Assembly (NCBI GenBank): GCA_951406725.2
Contig: OX597820.1
Span: forward strand, 32,860,001 to 32,924,000
Reading direction: 5' to 3'
DNA: 64,000 bases
Origin: Octopus vulgaris
Taxonomy: Eukaryota
Position 1 is the stretch's first letter. Each line of letters begins with the position of its first letter. The notes beneath the pieces are model-generated. The model was not told where the DNA came from. It saw nothing but the letters and a program-made list of their open reading frames with translations, and did no database searches. This document shows positions 1-13,400 of this stretch, in pieces. The position numbers and the translations under genes were made by a program.

Positions 1-69
1 TGTGCACGTGGATATGTATATATGCATACATGTATACATATTTGTATTTATATATATTTGTATATATAC

Positions 70-361
70 CACCGTGATCACCGTGACCGACCAGGCTATC
101 AGATGTTGCTACACAACGCTGGTCACAATGCGCTTCGCATTGTTTTAGCCTTCAAATGACGCCACCCCGCTGGCTAAGCGAGCAGGCCAACAGAAGAAAG
201 AGTGCGAGAAAGTTGTGGATCGCCACCACCCCCTGTCAGAGCCTCGTAGAGCTTTAGGTGTTTTTCGCTCAATAAACACTCACAACCCCCGGTCTGGAAA
301 TCGAAACCGCGATCCTACAACCGTGAGTCCGCTGCCCTAACCACTGGGCCATTGCGCCTTC
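70..361 (-). mobile_element. tRNA-derived SINE, head/body C with tail 2
   Basis: Minus strand begins GGCGCAATGGCCCAGTGGTTAGGGCAGCGGAC...GGTTTCGATTTCC (A/B boxes). Body matches 11217 and 18258 copies; tail matches 4571 copy. Confidence 0.85.
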
Positions 362-378
362 TTGTATATATGTGTGTT

Positions 379-409
<31 letters not shown>

Positions 410-463
410 ATTGTGTATTTGTATGTATGCTTTTATGTATATACATATTTTATACATTATATA

Positions 464-505
<42 letters not shown>

Positions 506-639
506 CTATCGATTTACGAGTGCGCATAGATGCTTACATACAAAACGATCAACTTGTGTTTACTTATAAATTCATTGCAAACAGTTAGTTAGCAAACCAC
601 TGCTGTCACATCGTCACTAATCCAACGTTAGTAACACCA

Positions 640-2075
640 GAACAACACGCTCTTCGTGAAGCAAGCAGGCGAAGAGAGACTCCTCTGCAAAGCACAATAC
701 ATCTTGCTAGAAGTAGCAGCCAATTTTCCCTCATATTAATCACACCTTGCTGCCCTAAGAAAAGAATGAAAAATAAGTTATACATCAGATGTAGTATTCC
801 TAGATATACTATGCCTGATAACACTTCGTGGAGCAAGCTGACCAAGAGAGCCTTTATACAACCACTCGTCCTACTAGAACAAACAGCTAATTTTCACTCA
901 TATTAATCGCATCTGGTCTGTTAGGAAAATAATAAATAAATGAGTGGCACACTGGATGATGTACTCCTAGGTACACTATGGAACGTTGTCAGAAAAACAT
1001 CTTTAATCGGGTGTCTGCTGGAACATGACTGACCCGGGGCTAAACAGCAATCCCTTACACCTACCTTCTTAAAGAAGTATTGAAAAATGTGTAGCACATA
1101 GGATGATGTATTCCTTGATATTCTATGCCCGATGAAAAATATAGGATGTTTATTGTTGGAAAAGAAGATCGTTGATCGTGTTTCTACTGGAACAGGACTG
1201 ACCTGGGGCTAAACAGCAGTTTATCACCTCTACCGCCTCAAGGAAGTAATGAAAAATGTGCGACACATTGGATGAGGTATTCCTAGATACACTATGACTG
1301 ATGAAAAATGTAGGATGTTTACTGTTGGAAAGAAACTTTTGATCGTGCGTTTACTGGAACAGGACTGTCCTGGTGTTAAACGACAATTTCCTCGCGACGT
1401 AGCATTATACTATGCCAGACAGCTTGCAAACCTCTATGTGATCGTACCATCTGCTAGAAGTAGCAGCTAAATTTGCCTCAAATTGCGGCCAGTCGTTTAC
1501 CACATCGAGACAAAATGTTAGAATAAGTCTAGCTTTAGGTACACTGCAAGTAAGTAGAGGCAGCTATGATTGGAGCGTCTTTTGTCATCTGCCCCTTGGA
1601 CGAAGGATGATTCGGAACTAAATGACAACGTTACAGCTACACAGTATCACTTTATGTAACACTTCGCGTCAATGAGAGAGCCTATATGTGGTCACTGGAG
1701 TTGCTAAAAATAACAGGTGAACTTCCCTCAAATCACATCCTACCGTCTACGCCTTGTGAAAGTACAGAACGCCATTGTATAAAGTAGTAGTTTTATATAC
1801 TACTAAAAACAAAGTGGATTGACCAAGGGTTGACCAAGCACAACAGTATATCATCTAAGGAGTCTCTACGTAAGCGATAAATCTATTAGAAACAGCAGCT
1901 ATTTTTTTTTTCAGCATTTTACACCCTATCGTTTATAATATTAAAGAAAAGGAGACTGGACACAGTAAGTAATGTAGTCCCAGATAGCATGAAAACGAAA
2001 ACCGAGAGTCACACCTGAAATACCTTTATCTATAGATCTGCTGGATCGGTGTAAACCTGGAGTTAAACAACGGCA
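640..2075 (+). repeat. Degenerate tandem array of ~170-bp units of an old repeat
   Basis: GACTGACC(C/T)GGGGCTAAACAGCA-like and TTCCTAGATACACTATG-like motifs recur at ~1026, ~1196, ~1364 and ~2055; related piece at ~62970-63140. Confidence 0.6.
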
Positions 2076-2094
2076 ATACTATAATAATCAATAA

Positions 2095-2297
2095 CAGTTT
2101 CACAGTTTGGCACAAGGCTAGCAATTTTGAGAGAGGAGTAAGTCGATTACATCGGCCCCTGTGTTCAACTGTTACTTATTTATCGACTCCGAAAAGATGA
2201 AAGACAAAGTCGACCTCGGCGGAATTTGAACTCAGAACGTAAACACTGATGAAATGTTTGCCCGGTTTGTTAACGATTCTATTAGCCCGACGCCTTC
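2095..2297 (-). mobile_element. SINE family B, diverged copy
   Basis: Contains the B core AAAGTCGACCTCGGCGGAATTTGAACTCAGAACGTA shared with many copies in the window. Confidence 0.8.
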
Positions 2298-2828
2298 TTA
2301 ATAATTAATAATACCAACGATAGTGTTTGGAATAAATAACATATTTTATACACAATTATTCCAGCTGGAATGTTTAGACGCTTTATTTACCTCTATTTTT
2401 TGCACATGTGGAGCAATATGTTATATGAAACAACATTATTAGCAGCACATGATAGAGATTACACCTGTTTACGTGACTACTGAGAATTGTCCTTCAAATC
2501 AGACAAATAAGTAACGATGCAGATATTATGTACTTAATATCTTGTCTACTAATCGGGTGGCGATGACAGCTTGGCCCGCGATCAGATTACGCAATATTAG
2601 CCTAAATAACCACTCGCATCCGGTATTATATCAAGGTTAGTTGCAATTTTTGCTACTGTTTTTGTTATGGCTTTTGATTAGATTTCGACTTTTTTCTTTC
2701 TTTTTTTTCTTTTTTGGCTTAAGCAGTTCTCACAGAATGGAATCTTAGGCAAGTTTATTACTTTTATTGAAGCCTCGAGTCGATTGAGGCTTAAGCTTCC
2801 ACAGTGTGTGACAAATATAAAATATATA

Positions 2829-2879
<51 letters not shown>

Positions 2880-2906
2880 TTATATATATATATATATATG
2901 CATGTA

Positions 2907-2982
<76 letters not shown>

Positions 2983-3049
2983 TAGATATATATACATTTA
3001 TATATATATACATATATATATATATGTATATGTACATATATATATACAA

Positions 3050-3105
<56 letters not shown>

Positions 3106-3160
3106 AAATTACAGGTCAATAAGATGCCAAATATTCAACTTGGGATAACTGCATATAAAA

Positions 3161-3214
<54 letters not shown>

Positions 3215-3231
3215 GCACATGTACGTGTTGA

Positions 3232-3386
3232 TGTGTGATAAGAAGTTTACTTGTTAATTACGTGGATCCGCGTTCAGTCCCACTGCGTGGCTCCTTGAGG
3301 AAGTGTCTTCTGCTACAGCCTCGGGCCGATCAAAATTTTGTAAGTGGATTTAGCAGACGGAAATTGAAAGAAGCCCGTTGTATATA

Positions 3387-3446
<60 letters not shown>

Positions 3447-3668
3447 AATGTGTGTGTGTCTTTGTGTCTGTGTTCATCCCCACCACCGTTTGACAACCTG
3501 CGCTGGTGTGTTTAGGTTCGCATAAGTTAACGGTTCGGCGAAACAATCCGTTAGAATAAGTACCGCACTTCAAAAAAGTAATTTCTGGGGTCGATACATT
3601 CGATTAAAAATTCTTCAAGGCGTTGCACCAGCATGGCCGCAGTCTAATGACCGAAACAAGTAAAAGAT
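3232..3668 (+). mobile_element. SINE family A, diverged copy
   Basis: Colinear with the 50803 copy, including the internal microsatellite and the CCAGCATGGCCGCAGTC tail. Confidence 0.8.
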
Positions 3669-3673
3669 ATACG

Positions 3674-3705
<32 letters not shown>

Positions 3706-3735
3706 GTACATGTACATATACATACACAGTGTATA

Positions 3736-4000
3736 GGCGCAGGCGTGACTGTGTGGTAAGAAGTGCTTACCAGCCACATGGTTCCGGGTTCAGTCCCACT
3801 GCATGGCACCCTCGGCAGGTGTCTTCTACTATAGCCTCGGGCCGACCAAATCCTTATCTGTTGACGGAAACTGAAAGAAGCCCGTTGTATGTGTGTGTGT
3901 GTGTGTGTGTGTATCTGTGTATGTGTGATTCTCCCCCACCCACATAGATTGACAACCGATGTTTGTGTGCTTACGTCCCTGTAACTTAGCGGTTCGGCAA
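3736..4000 (+). mobile_element. SINE family A, 3'-truncated
   Basis: GGCGCAGGCGTGACTGTGTGGTAAG head with GGTTCAGTCCC B box and the A body. Confidence 0.8.
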
Positions 4001-4369
4001 CTAATCGAACTGCAAGAAACAGAAATTTAAAGGGTTATAGTTAATCATATCGTTAGCCAGTAGTTTTATTTCTGTTTGTTGTTAGTTTTATCCGGCACCA
4101 TTTGTCGAACGGCTAGCTACGGAACGTAAAGTGTGACGAGCATAAAAACGAACATGGATTTGTTTAAGACTTTTGTAAACGTAAACTCACCCATATGCAT
4201 GTGTACGTGTATGCGCGTGTGTATATGTAATCACACATGCACACACACACACAAACACACACACACAAATGTGATTTTATATATATATATATATACCAGA
4301 GTACGCACATAAATGCGAAACAAGGTGGGAAAAATATTACTAGAATACCAGAGGTATAATAATCCTCTT

Positions 4370-4517
4370 TTTTAAAACAACAAAAAAATATCACAAAAAC
4401 TGTTACCCAGAGTTTCATGTTCCCGTTCGTCGGACAGTTTTGTATATAAAGCTGTCCGACGAACGGGAACGTGAAACTGTGAGTAACAGTTTTTGTGGTA
4501 TTTTTGCTGCTTTTAAT
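4370..4517. ncRNA. Fold-back repeat with two divergent hammerhead-like motifs (4400-4437 minus, 4452-4489 plus)
   Basis: Plus arm reads CTGT-CCGACGA-ACG GGAA CGT-GAAAC-TGTGA-GTA-ACAG: stem I CTGT/ACAG, stem II ACG/CGT, core variant U4C. The left arm is its reverse complement. Confidence 0.6.
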
Positions 4518-4520
4518 AAA

Positions 4521-4556
<36 letters not shown>

Positions 4557-4570
4557 ATATATGTATATAT

Positions 4571-4824
4571 ATCGGTATCGCCTAGGCTATCGGATGTTGT
4601 TATACATCGCTGATCACCATGCGTTTCACATCATTTTAACTTTCGAATGATGCCACTCCACTGGTTAGTCCGTCACAGGATTACCCATTTACAGCCGAGT
4701 GGACTGGAGCAACGGGAAATGAAGTGTTTTGCTCTCGAACACAGCGTGCAGCCAGTCTGAGAATCGAAACCACGATCTCACAATCGTAAATGCGACACCC
4801 CAAACCACCAGGCCACGCGCCTTC
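4571..4824 (-). mobile_element. tRNA-derived SINE, head/body D with tail 2
   Basis: D body (AAAACACTTCATTTC..TTGCTCCAGTCCACTC) as at 40973; tail aligns to 70-180. Confidence 0.8.
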
Positions 4825-5084
4825 ACGTATACATCGGTTAGATAAAACTCAAAGACATATTCTCTGTTGTTTCTTACTTGTTTCAGTCATTGGGTTGCAA
4901 CCATGCTGGAGTACAGCCTCCAAGGGTTTAGTCGAACAAATTGACCCCAATACTTATATTTTGTAGTTTGATTGTAATTCCATTGGTATTTTCTGTCGGA
5001 CCGCTAATTTACAGGGACATCAACAAAGTAACGTCAAGCGGTGTTGGGTTAAGCGCAAACCCAAAGACATATGCACAATCCCAT

Positions 5085-5228
5085 ACGTGTGTTCCTATCT
5101 GTGGAAGAGCGTCGGCTCGAAACGTTAAAGACTTTTTCACTTACCGAGCGTTATACTAATACATCTGTTCGTTGTCTACACCACCTGTCTTCGTCTTTTG
5201 TTTTTTTTTTGTGAATTTTCCCCCTATA
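5085..5228 (+). repeat. Family E short repeat with degenerate hammerhead-like motif
   Basis: CTGTGGAAGAGCGTCGGCTCGAAACGTTAAAG; further copies at ~12700-12905, ~44765-44945 and ~46222-46400 (minus). Confidence 0.65.
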
Positions 5229-5396
5229 AATATATATACACACTCGCATATGTATGTATGTATGTATGTATTATGTATGTATGTGTGCATGCATGTATGT
5301 ATGCGTGTGTATGTTTACGATGAGTTTGCATACTCTTTCCTTCAACTAAATTCACTCACAACGCATCTGTTGGCCCGTGGGTAGAGCCCAAGATGT

Positions 5397-5722
5397 GAAG
5401 GCACTTGTGGTAGTAGTTAGAGTATTCAGTTCGAGAATTTATGTTCGTGAGTTCGATTTCCGGTTGCGTGTTGCATCCCTTGAGCAAGACACTTCATTTC
5501 ACGTGGCTTCCGTCAAGTCAACTGACAGAAATGAGTTGTACTTGTATTTCAAAGGGCCAGACTGGTCACATTATGTGTCACGATAAATCTCTTTGAAAAC
5601 TACGTCAAGGGGTTACGCGTGTCTGCAGAGTTCTCAGCCATTTGCACGTTAATTTTGACGAGCAAGGCTGTTCCTTTGATCGGATCGCCCGAAACACTCA
5701 CCGTCGTAACAGACAGACTGCC
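5397..5722 (+). mobile_element. SINE head/body D with tail 1, nested in an old family A copy
   Basis: CTTGAGCAAGACACTTCATTTCAC body; tail aligns to 11410-11599; minus-strand A fragments on both sides (~5317-5390, ~5727-5790). Confidence 0.75.
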
Positions 5723-5889
5723 GAATAGTTTAAGACACTTACTCAACGTGACGCACTATAGGATTGTACTCGAAACAACGTGGCTGGAAAGTGTATGAAT
5801 ACATGTACTTTTTTTTGTTGTTTTTATTTCTAAGCAGCAGAAATAGCAAAGTGTCTTAAAGGATGAGAGTTTCATGCATGATATATCTC

Positions 5890-6298
5890 TTTACTCTTTT
5901 ACTCTTTTACTTGTTTCAGTCATTTGACTGTGACCATGCTGGAGCACCGTCTTTAGTCGAGCAAATCGACCCTAGGACTTATTCTTTGTAAGCCTAGTAC
6001 TCATTCTGTTGGTGTCTTTTACCGAACTACTAAGTTACGGGGACGTAAACACACCAGCATCGGTTGTCAAGCGATGTTGGGGGGACACAGACACACAAAC
6101 ATATACACACACACACATATAAATATACATATATACGGCGGGCTTCTTTTAGTTTCCGTCTACCAAATCCACTCACAAGGCTTTGGTCGGCCCGAGGATA
6201 TAGTAGAAGATACTTGCCCAAGGTGCCACGCAGTGGGAATGAACCCAGAACCATGTGGTTGGTAAGCAAGGTACTTATCACACAGCCACTCCTGCGCC
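5890..6298 (-). mobile_element. SINE family A, full length
   Basis: Reverse complement of the 50803 copy from head to the (TAAAAGAG)n tail. Confidence 0.9.
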
Positions 6299-6463
6299 TC
6301 TATAAAACTTATGAGTGATATGCGCGAAACGCCCATTCCCTGAGTTACTTTGCAGTTTCTGCCATTTGAAGATAAAAAATAATACAATATACACTCATAT
6401 ATAAATGTGTGTGGGTATGTATACATATGTGTGTGTGTGTATGTATGTATGTATGTATGTATG

Positions 6464-6494
<31 letters not shown>

Positions 6495-7556
6495 TATATA
6501 TATAGAGAGAGAGAGTGAGAGAGAAAGAGAGAGAGAGAAAGAGATAGGGGAGAGAGAAAGCGAGAGACACACACATACATACATATATGCACATATGTGG
6601 TGGTGGTGTGTGTGTTTGTTGTTATGGTGTAAGAGACTACGAAACAACACCAGCATTTGTTTGTCTTTCGACCGCTCTAAAGAGACGACCCGCATGTGGC
6701 CTATACGCCTGCAGGTGTAGCTGTACCACCAGTCATGTAGCTTTTCTGCGGAATGGCTTTAATGTTCTTCAGGGATCATTAGAATTTATATATTCTCAGA
6801 CCCAATCCAACTACTTATAGTTCTAGGTTACTTTGGTGCTAACCACCTAAAAAACTGATGACGGGGTAAAGGCCGATGTTGTCATAAATATCCTTAATTG
6901 TAGCCTTTATGTTATGTGGCCCTAAATATTATGATATGAGCATCCGAGGAAATTTATAATCCATCAGGCCATTCTTCTTTTCCTCGTAGTCTTTCGGTTT
7001 TGAATATTCCACATGTAATGTTGTGGTTTCTATCTCGACCGACAGAAGAGGTCTTGTTCTACGTAAGAGGTCTTGTTCAGAACAGCCTGAAAATGGATTT
7101 ATTTTTCGCAAGTATAAACAGAACCCACGTATCTTTCGTGATATATAAATGTGTTACTTTCTTTTAATCGTACTGGTCTTTAAGTGAATGAAGTAAGGAG
7201 GCATATGCCTTTGTTACATAGCTCTATCAAGCAGACTTATTCATATTTTGAAACCTGTCTGATGCATGTGGCTCCGGAAAACGAAAGAAAACTGGGATTG
7301 TCTTCCTTTAATCTCAAATAAATTTTTCGTTCATTTTTTTCTCAACGTTTATGACTATGTAATAATGTGCAAAAGCCTTCATGTTTCCACTAACATTTTG
7401 GTAGTGCAGATCAACTGATCTGCCTTGCACTGTCATTTTCTTACTACAAGCGAAAAAAGTTTTTACTTCGTAGACTAAAGCCAATTGTTTCTTCAGCTAT
7501 TCGAAATAATGCGAACAGCTAAGTCTTTACTTACCTATAGAGAAATTCCACACTGA

Positions 7557-7604
<48 letters not shown>

Positions 7605-7780
7605 TTTTTTGTAATGTTCCTTAATGATATCCATGATTTTGCGAAAGCAAGACAAATCGCATTTAATCAACGGCAACTGCAACTGCAGTAGAAGCAACAT
7701 CAGCAACAATAATGATGACTACAACGACGACAGCAATATTGTTAATAATAATAATAATAATAATAATCCAACCATAATAT

Positions 7781-8104
7781 TGCGGCAAGAAGACCAGACA
7801 TGGTTATACAGCACAAAATAAATACACAAGATAAGATGATAGATTTTGCAATTCCGTATGGTTAGCAAAGTCGATACCAAAGAAATTGAAAAGCATTGAG
7901 AAAAATCAAGATTTAGTCTGAGTGTTGAAGAGATTGTAGAAATTCAGGACAACAATTATTCCAGTAGTTATTGGTGCGCTTGACACACTACCTAAAACGC
8001 TACCTAAAAGACTGAAAGAGACTGAAATTGAAATTCGCATTGTCGATCTGCAAAAAAAAGTACCATTCTATATTCTCCAAGAATCCGAAGAAAGAATCTT
8101 GAGA
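7781..8104 (+). pseudogene. R4/Dong-like non-LTR retrotransposon C-terminus (restriction-like endonuclease), degraded
   Basis: Across frameshifts reads RRPDMVI...MIDFAIP...EK...DL...IIPVVIGAL...LQKSTILYSPRI, the PD-D-K pattern of RLE LINEs; lies just after an (AAT)n run. Confidence 0.7.
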
Positions 8105-8447
8105 TTTCAGATTTGTTGCTACCAAACATCAAGATAGTATACCTGTTAAGTTAACATGCACCAGCGAAATAATAATAAGGATGGTTCCAAATTTTGGCAC
8201 AAGGGCAGCCGTTTCGAGAGATGAGATAAGACGATTGTGTTGACGCCTATGTTTGACTGGTACCTTATTTTATTGATCTCGAAATGATGAAAAACAAAGT
8301 CGACCTTGGGTAGAATTTCAACTCTAGACGAAAAGACGGGACGAAACACCGTTAAGCATTTTGTACATCGCGTTAAAGATTCCTGGTTGCATTAGTAAAT
8401 GATGATGAGGATGATGATGATGGTGTTAGTAATAATAATAATAATAA

Positions 8448-8658
8448 TCCTTTCTACTGTGGACAAAGGCCTGAAATTTTGGGGGAGGGGACCAGTCGAT
8501 TAGATCGACCCCAGTAAGCAACTGGTGCTTAATTTATCGATCCCGAAAAGATAAAATGCAAAGTTGGTCTCGGTAGAATTTGAACTCAGAACGTAAGGAA
8601 GGATGAAATGGTGCTAAGCATTTTTCCCGGCGTGCTAACGATTCTGCCAGCTCGCCGC
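8448..8658 (-). mobile_element. SINE family B, alternative tail (CCCCCAAAATTTCAGGCC)
   Basis: B core with a tail shared by 8870-8970 and 54093-54290. Confidence 0.8.
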
Positions 8659-9053
8659 TTGATAATAAAAATAATGGTTTCAATTCTTACCAGAAGGGTA
8701 ACAGTTTTCAGGAGGGGGATGAGTCAATTACACCAGCCCCTGTGCTCTTCTGGCACTTATTTTATCGACCCCAAAAGGATGAGAAGCAAAGTCGATCTTG
8801 GCAGAATTTGAAGCATTTCGCCCGGCGAAAGAGATAAACACACGTGTGTGTGTGTGTATGTATGTATCCTTTCAGGATCGATAAATTAAGATCCAGTGAA
8901 ACACTGGGGTTGATGTAATCCCTTCCCCCAAAAATTTCAGGCCTTGTGTCTATAGCTGAAAGGATTATCATTATTATTATTATTATCAAGGACGAAAATT
9001 AAAGTGGACCGCGGCGGAATTTGAATTCAGAACATAGCTACGGGTGAAATACC

Positions 9054-9272
9054 TATTTCTTTACTAAACACAGAGGGGACAAACAAGGACAGATAAACGG
9101 ATAAAGTCGATTACATCGACCCCAGTGCGTAACTGGTACTTAATTTATCGACCCCGAAAGGATGAAAGGCAAAGTCGACCTCGGCGGAATTTGAACTCGG
9201 AACGTAGCGGCAGACGAAATACGGCTACGCATTATTTCGTCCAGCCTGCTAAGAACTCCGCCAGCTCGCCTC
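9054..9272 (-). mobile_element. SINE family B, young copy
   Basis: GGCGAGCTGGC head, GAGTTCAAATTCC B box, GCCTTTCATCCTTTCGGGGTCGATAAATTAAGTACCAG core. Confidence 0.9.
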
Positions 9273-9276
9273 CTTG

Positions 9277-9284
9277 ATAACAAC

Positions 9285-9379
<95 letters not shown>

Positions 9380-9389
9380 TAATAATAAT

Positions 9390-9433
<44 letters not shown>

Positions 9434-9545
9434 CAACAACAACAACAACAACAACAATAATAATAATAATAATAATAACGATGATGACAATGATGATAAT
9501 AATAATAATAATAATAGATAATAATAGTAATAATAATAAATAACA
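9277..9545 (+). repeat. (AAT)n/(AAC)n microsatellite
   Basis: Direct reading. Confidence 0.95.
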
Positions 9546-9968
9546 ACGAAAACACCAAAACTAACAGCAGTAAGAATAACAACAATAAAAAAAGGGATAT
9601 TTATGCTGATAATGCAGTTATTAATTCATGTAAATTGTAATCTTGTTGTGTTGACATTATAGAAATGAGAACAACAGATTAATATTAATATTAATATTAG
9701 CATTATTAGTATTCTTGTTGTTATTGTTGTTGTTGTTAATGTTGTTATAACAACTATTGTTATTGTTGTTGTTGTTATTTATCATAATACTATAACATTT
9801 GGAGAAGTGGCATTTCATAAGTTAGGTATGGATATATTTCAGCAAAAAAAAAAAAAAAAAAGAATTAAAAAACTGTCAGTTCAGATATGAAAAAATAATA
9901 AATAGAGAGATATAAAGAGATAGAGAGAAGGGGAATGAAGAGTAGTGGGAAAAAGAGAAAGAGGCACG

Positions 9969-10056
<88 letters not shown>

Positions 10057-10253
10057 GAGATAGATAGAGAGAGAGGGAGTATATAGTCAAGAATATAAAC
10101 ACATGGACGCATACATATTACAAATTCATAAAGATATACATAAAGATATATATATATACATCATAATTATATATACATAAAGATATACATATAAATCATA
10201 ATGTTATATATAATATTATGTATATCATAAAGATATACATAATATACATATAC

Positions 10254-10632
10254 ATTACCCCAACAGCAGAACGGGGCGCTACTGCATGGTGCCAAAGATC
10301 CCAACATCACCATCAAAATACAGGACCAGATACTGCAACAGCTTGGGTTTCAGGGAACCACAGCTCTTCAATATCCTTCCTAAATGCCTGAGACCTGCAT
10401 GGTGTATATATGGGTTTCTTTAAAACTAAACTGGATCTCTTCTTGTCAGGGGTTCCAGATGAACCTACCTCTCGGCAGGAAACACAGATGCGGGCAGCGG
10501 CGTCGAACTCCCTTGTTGACTAAGTGCCACGTATCAGAGGTGGTTTCGCATTCTAGTGTAGCTCATTCAACGGTGGTGCACCAGCATGGCCGCAGCTTTC
10601 GAGCTGAAACATTTTTAAGGATTTAAGGATTT
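10254..10632 (+). mobile_element. CR1-clade LINE 3' end (5'-truncated)
   Basis: Translates (one frameshift) RTRYCNSLGFREPQLFNILP...FKTKLDLFLSGVPDEP...RAAASNSLVD*, typical of invertebrate CR1 ORF2 C-termini; 3' UTR ends in (TTTAAGGA)2. Confidence 0.75.
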
Positions 10633-10653
10633 ATATATATCATAAAGATATAC

Positions 10654-10705
<52 letters not shown>

Positions 10706-11216
10706 GCATATAAATGTATGTGCGTCGGTAAGAATGATGTATACATTACATACGTGAATATAAATATGTATATATTTATACATATACATGCACATGTACA
10801 TAGTGTTGCTATTATGCAAAAGTGTCGTAAGTCCAAAACGTTGCTTTTTCGGAAGACGAAAAAATAGTTGCACCATTCCATTTCCTTTTTACATTAGCAA
10901 CAGTTTCAGCTTAACAACAAACAATATTTTGGTGGGTGCATAAAATCGTAACTCCATACATGTATGATATTTTCATTGAGAAATATTTTTGCAAAACTGT
11001 TGTATGTGGGACTTACACTTTTGAAAAATGCTAAAGCAGCTGGAGATACGATAGTTTGACCAAAAGAACCGGCTATTGCAAGCAAAATTAAATATTGAAA
11101 AATAAACAAATGCATTTCGCCACATTTGGACATACGATAGTTTAACATATTAGCAACGATATGCTTATATATATATATATATGTGCATGCGCGTACGTAT
11201 ATACATGGACAGATGT

Positions 11217-11605
11217 GGAGGCGCAATGGCCCAGTGGTTAGGGCAGCGGACTCGCGGTCATGGGATCGCGGTTTCGATTCCCAGACCGGGCGTTGTGAGT
11301 GTTTATTGAGCGAAAACACCTAAAGCTCTACGAGGCTCCGGCAGGGGATGGTGGTGATCCCTGCTGTACTCTTTCACCACAACTTTCTCTCACTCTTACT
11401 TCCTGTTTCTGTTGTACCTGTATTCCAAAGGGCTGGCCTTGTCACTCTCTGTGTCACGCTGAATATCCCCGAGAACTACGTTAAGGGTACACGTGTCTGT
11501 GGAGTGCTCAGCCACTTACACGTTAATTTCACGAGCAGGCTGTTCCGTTGATTCGGATCAACCGGAACCCTCGTCGTCGTAACCGACGGAGTGCTTCCAT
11601 CCATC
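11217..11605 (+). mobile_element. SINE head/body C with tail 1, full length with TSD
   Basis: tRNA-like head with A/B boxes; flanked by ACATGGACAGAT at 11203-11214 and 11606-11617. Confidence 0.9.
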
Positions 11606-12017
11606 ACATGGACAGATATAACGTATGTATATATTTGCGATATATAACATGTGCGTTTCCATTTTTGCATGTGCACATGTATGCAAATCGTGCATAAGTC
11701 TGTATACTCCGGATCGACGAACATATAAATGGACGACTGTGTACGTTTGAACATGCCCGCGCGTAGGCGTCCACGTGTGTGTGTGTATGTGTGTGTTTAT
11801 ATGCGTGCGCTTGTGTGTGTGTGTGTCTGAAAATGTGTATATATGTGTGCGTGTATGTGTGTGTGTGTGTGCATGTGTGTGTGTGTGTAAAGCCTAGCGT
11901 ATCGAAGCAATCCACCATCTGGAAATGGTAGCTAAATCTCTCTCAGTTTATCTTTTTTAATCTATCTATCTATATCTATCTAATTATCTCTATCTATCTT
12001 TCATTCTGTGCGTATAC

Positions 12018-12052
<35 letters not shown>

Positions 12053-12102
12053 CACACACATACACACACACACATACATATATATATATGTATATATGTA
12101 TA

Positions 12103-12145
<43 letters not shown>

Positions 12146-13169
12146 GTATATGCATATATATATATACATACATAAATACACACATATATATATACATATG
12201 CATACATACCTACATACACACACACACACGTATATATCTCTTTGTCTATCACTGTCTATATTTTCGTCTACTTATCTCTATGTATCTTTCTAAATAACTC
12301 TCTCTCTCTCTCTCTCTCTCTTTCTTTCTTTCCCTTCCCCTATATAAAGAGAGAGAGAGAGAGATTTGAGAGGGGAAGAGGCGTGATATATATGTGTGTA
12401 TGACTGCATTTATAGGTATATGCATGTATGTACAGGTAGTGAAATGGTTTTGATGCCAGGCTCACGATCGTTAGGTCACGAGATCGGTTTTCAGCCAGAC
12501 TGACACTTCGAAACTAAGCATTTCACGTCCATTCGCTCCGTTCAACTGAATACCAAACAATAATTGGGGAGTTAACTCTGCGATGGACTGGCGTGCCATC
12601 CTGACGGCAGTCTTTTACTCTCACTCGCCTAGACGACTCGGAAAACCTGGATAAGTTCTGGCATTAGAAGCCTGTAAAGTTGAGGCATCTACGTGCATAT
12701 CGCTAGCCACTACACATTCTTTATTTTCTCTCCTTGTTTCTTACTGAGTTCCTTTCTATGGAAGAGCGTAGGCTCGAAACGTTAAAGACCTCTTCACTTC
12801 CCGATCGTTATACTAAAACATGTTTGTTGTCTACACCACCTGTCTTCGTCTCTTGATTTGTTTATTGTTTTTTTTGTTTTTGATTTTTTTGTGAATTCTC
12901 CCTATATAAACAAGCGGTGCGGTAAAAGAGGCAGGCTTTAAAAATACGTGTCGATTCGTTCAACTAAATAGATTAAGGCAGTGCCCCAGTATGGCCACAT
13001 TCTAATGGCCAAAAACAGATAAAAGTTAAGGGAAGAGATGAAACACACACACACACACACACACACATACATACATACATACATACATACATACATACAT
13101 ACATACATACATACATACATACATACATACATACATACATACATACATACATACATACAAACAATCATA

Positions 13170-13400
13170 CAGCAGAGGATTCAAATTTGCGGCCGTCGTG
13201 TTGCACTGCCTGAAGGTGCCCTTCCACCATTTCTTTGATCCCACACTAATACCAATTTTTGTCCTTCGAGATGAAGAAGTCTTTCACTGAAGATTCCACC
13301 TTCTCTTGGTTGATGAAGCGCAGTGGAAGCTAGTCCTCACTTAGCCGCTGCTTAAGCACGTTAGAAAAGCGGGAAAATGTCTCCCTCGGATTATGACTTG
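13170..13400 (-). pseudogene. mariner-like transposase C-terminal relic
   Basis: Minus strand reads RFINQEKVESSVKDFFISKDKNWY*CGIKEM...HDGRKFE. Confidence 0.6.

Noticed and set aside
1290-1345. CTGATGA...GGAAA in the ~170-bp tandem units as a retrozyme-like hammerhead
   Set aside because: No convincing stems I-III, and the core is not kept in the other units.
6830-7670. Possible decayed minus-strand ORF
   Set aside because: Many stops and no motif I could assign with confidence.
11217-11290. SINE heads as real tRNA genes
   Set aside because: No acceptor-stem closure or terminator; they continue into SINE bodies.
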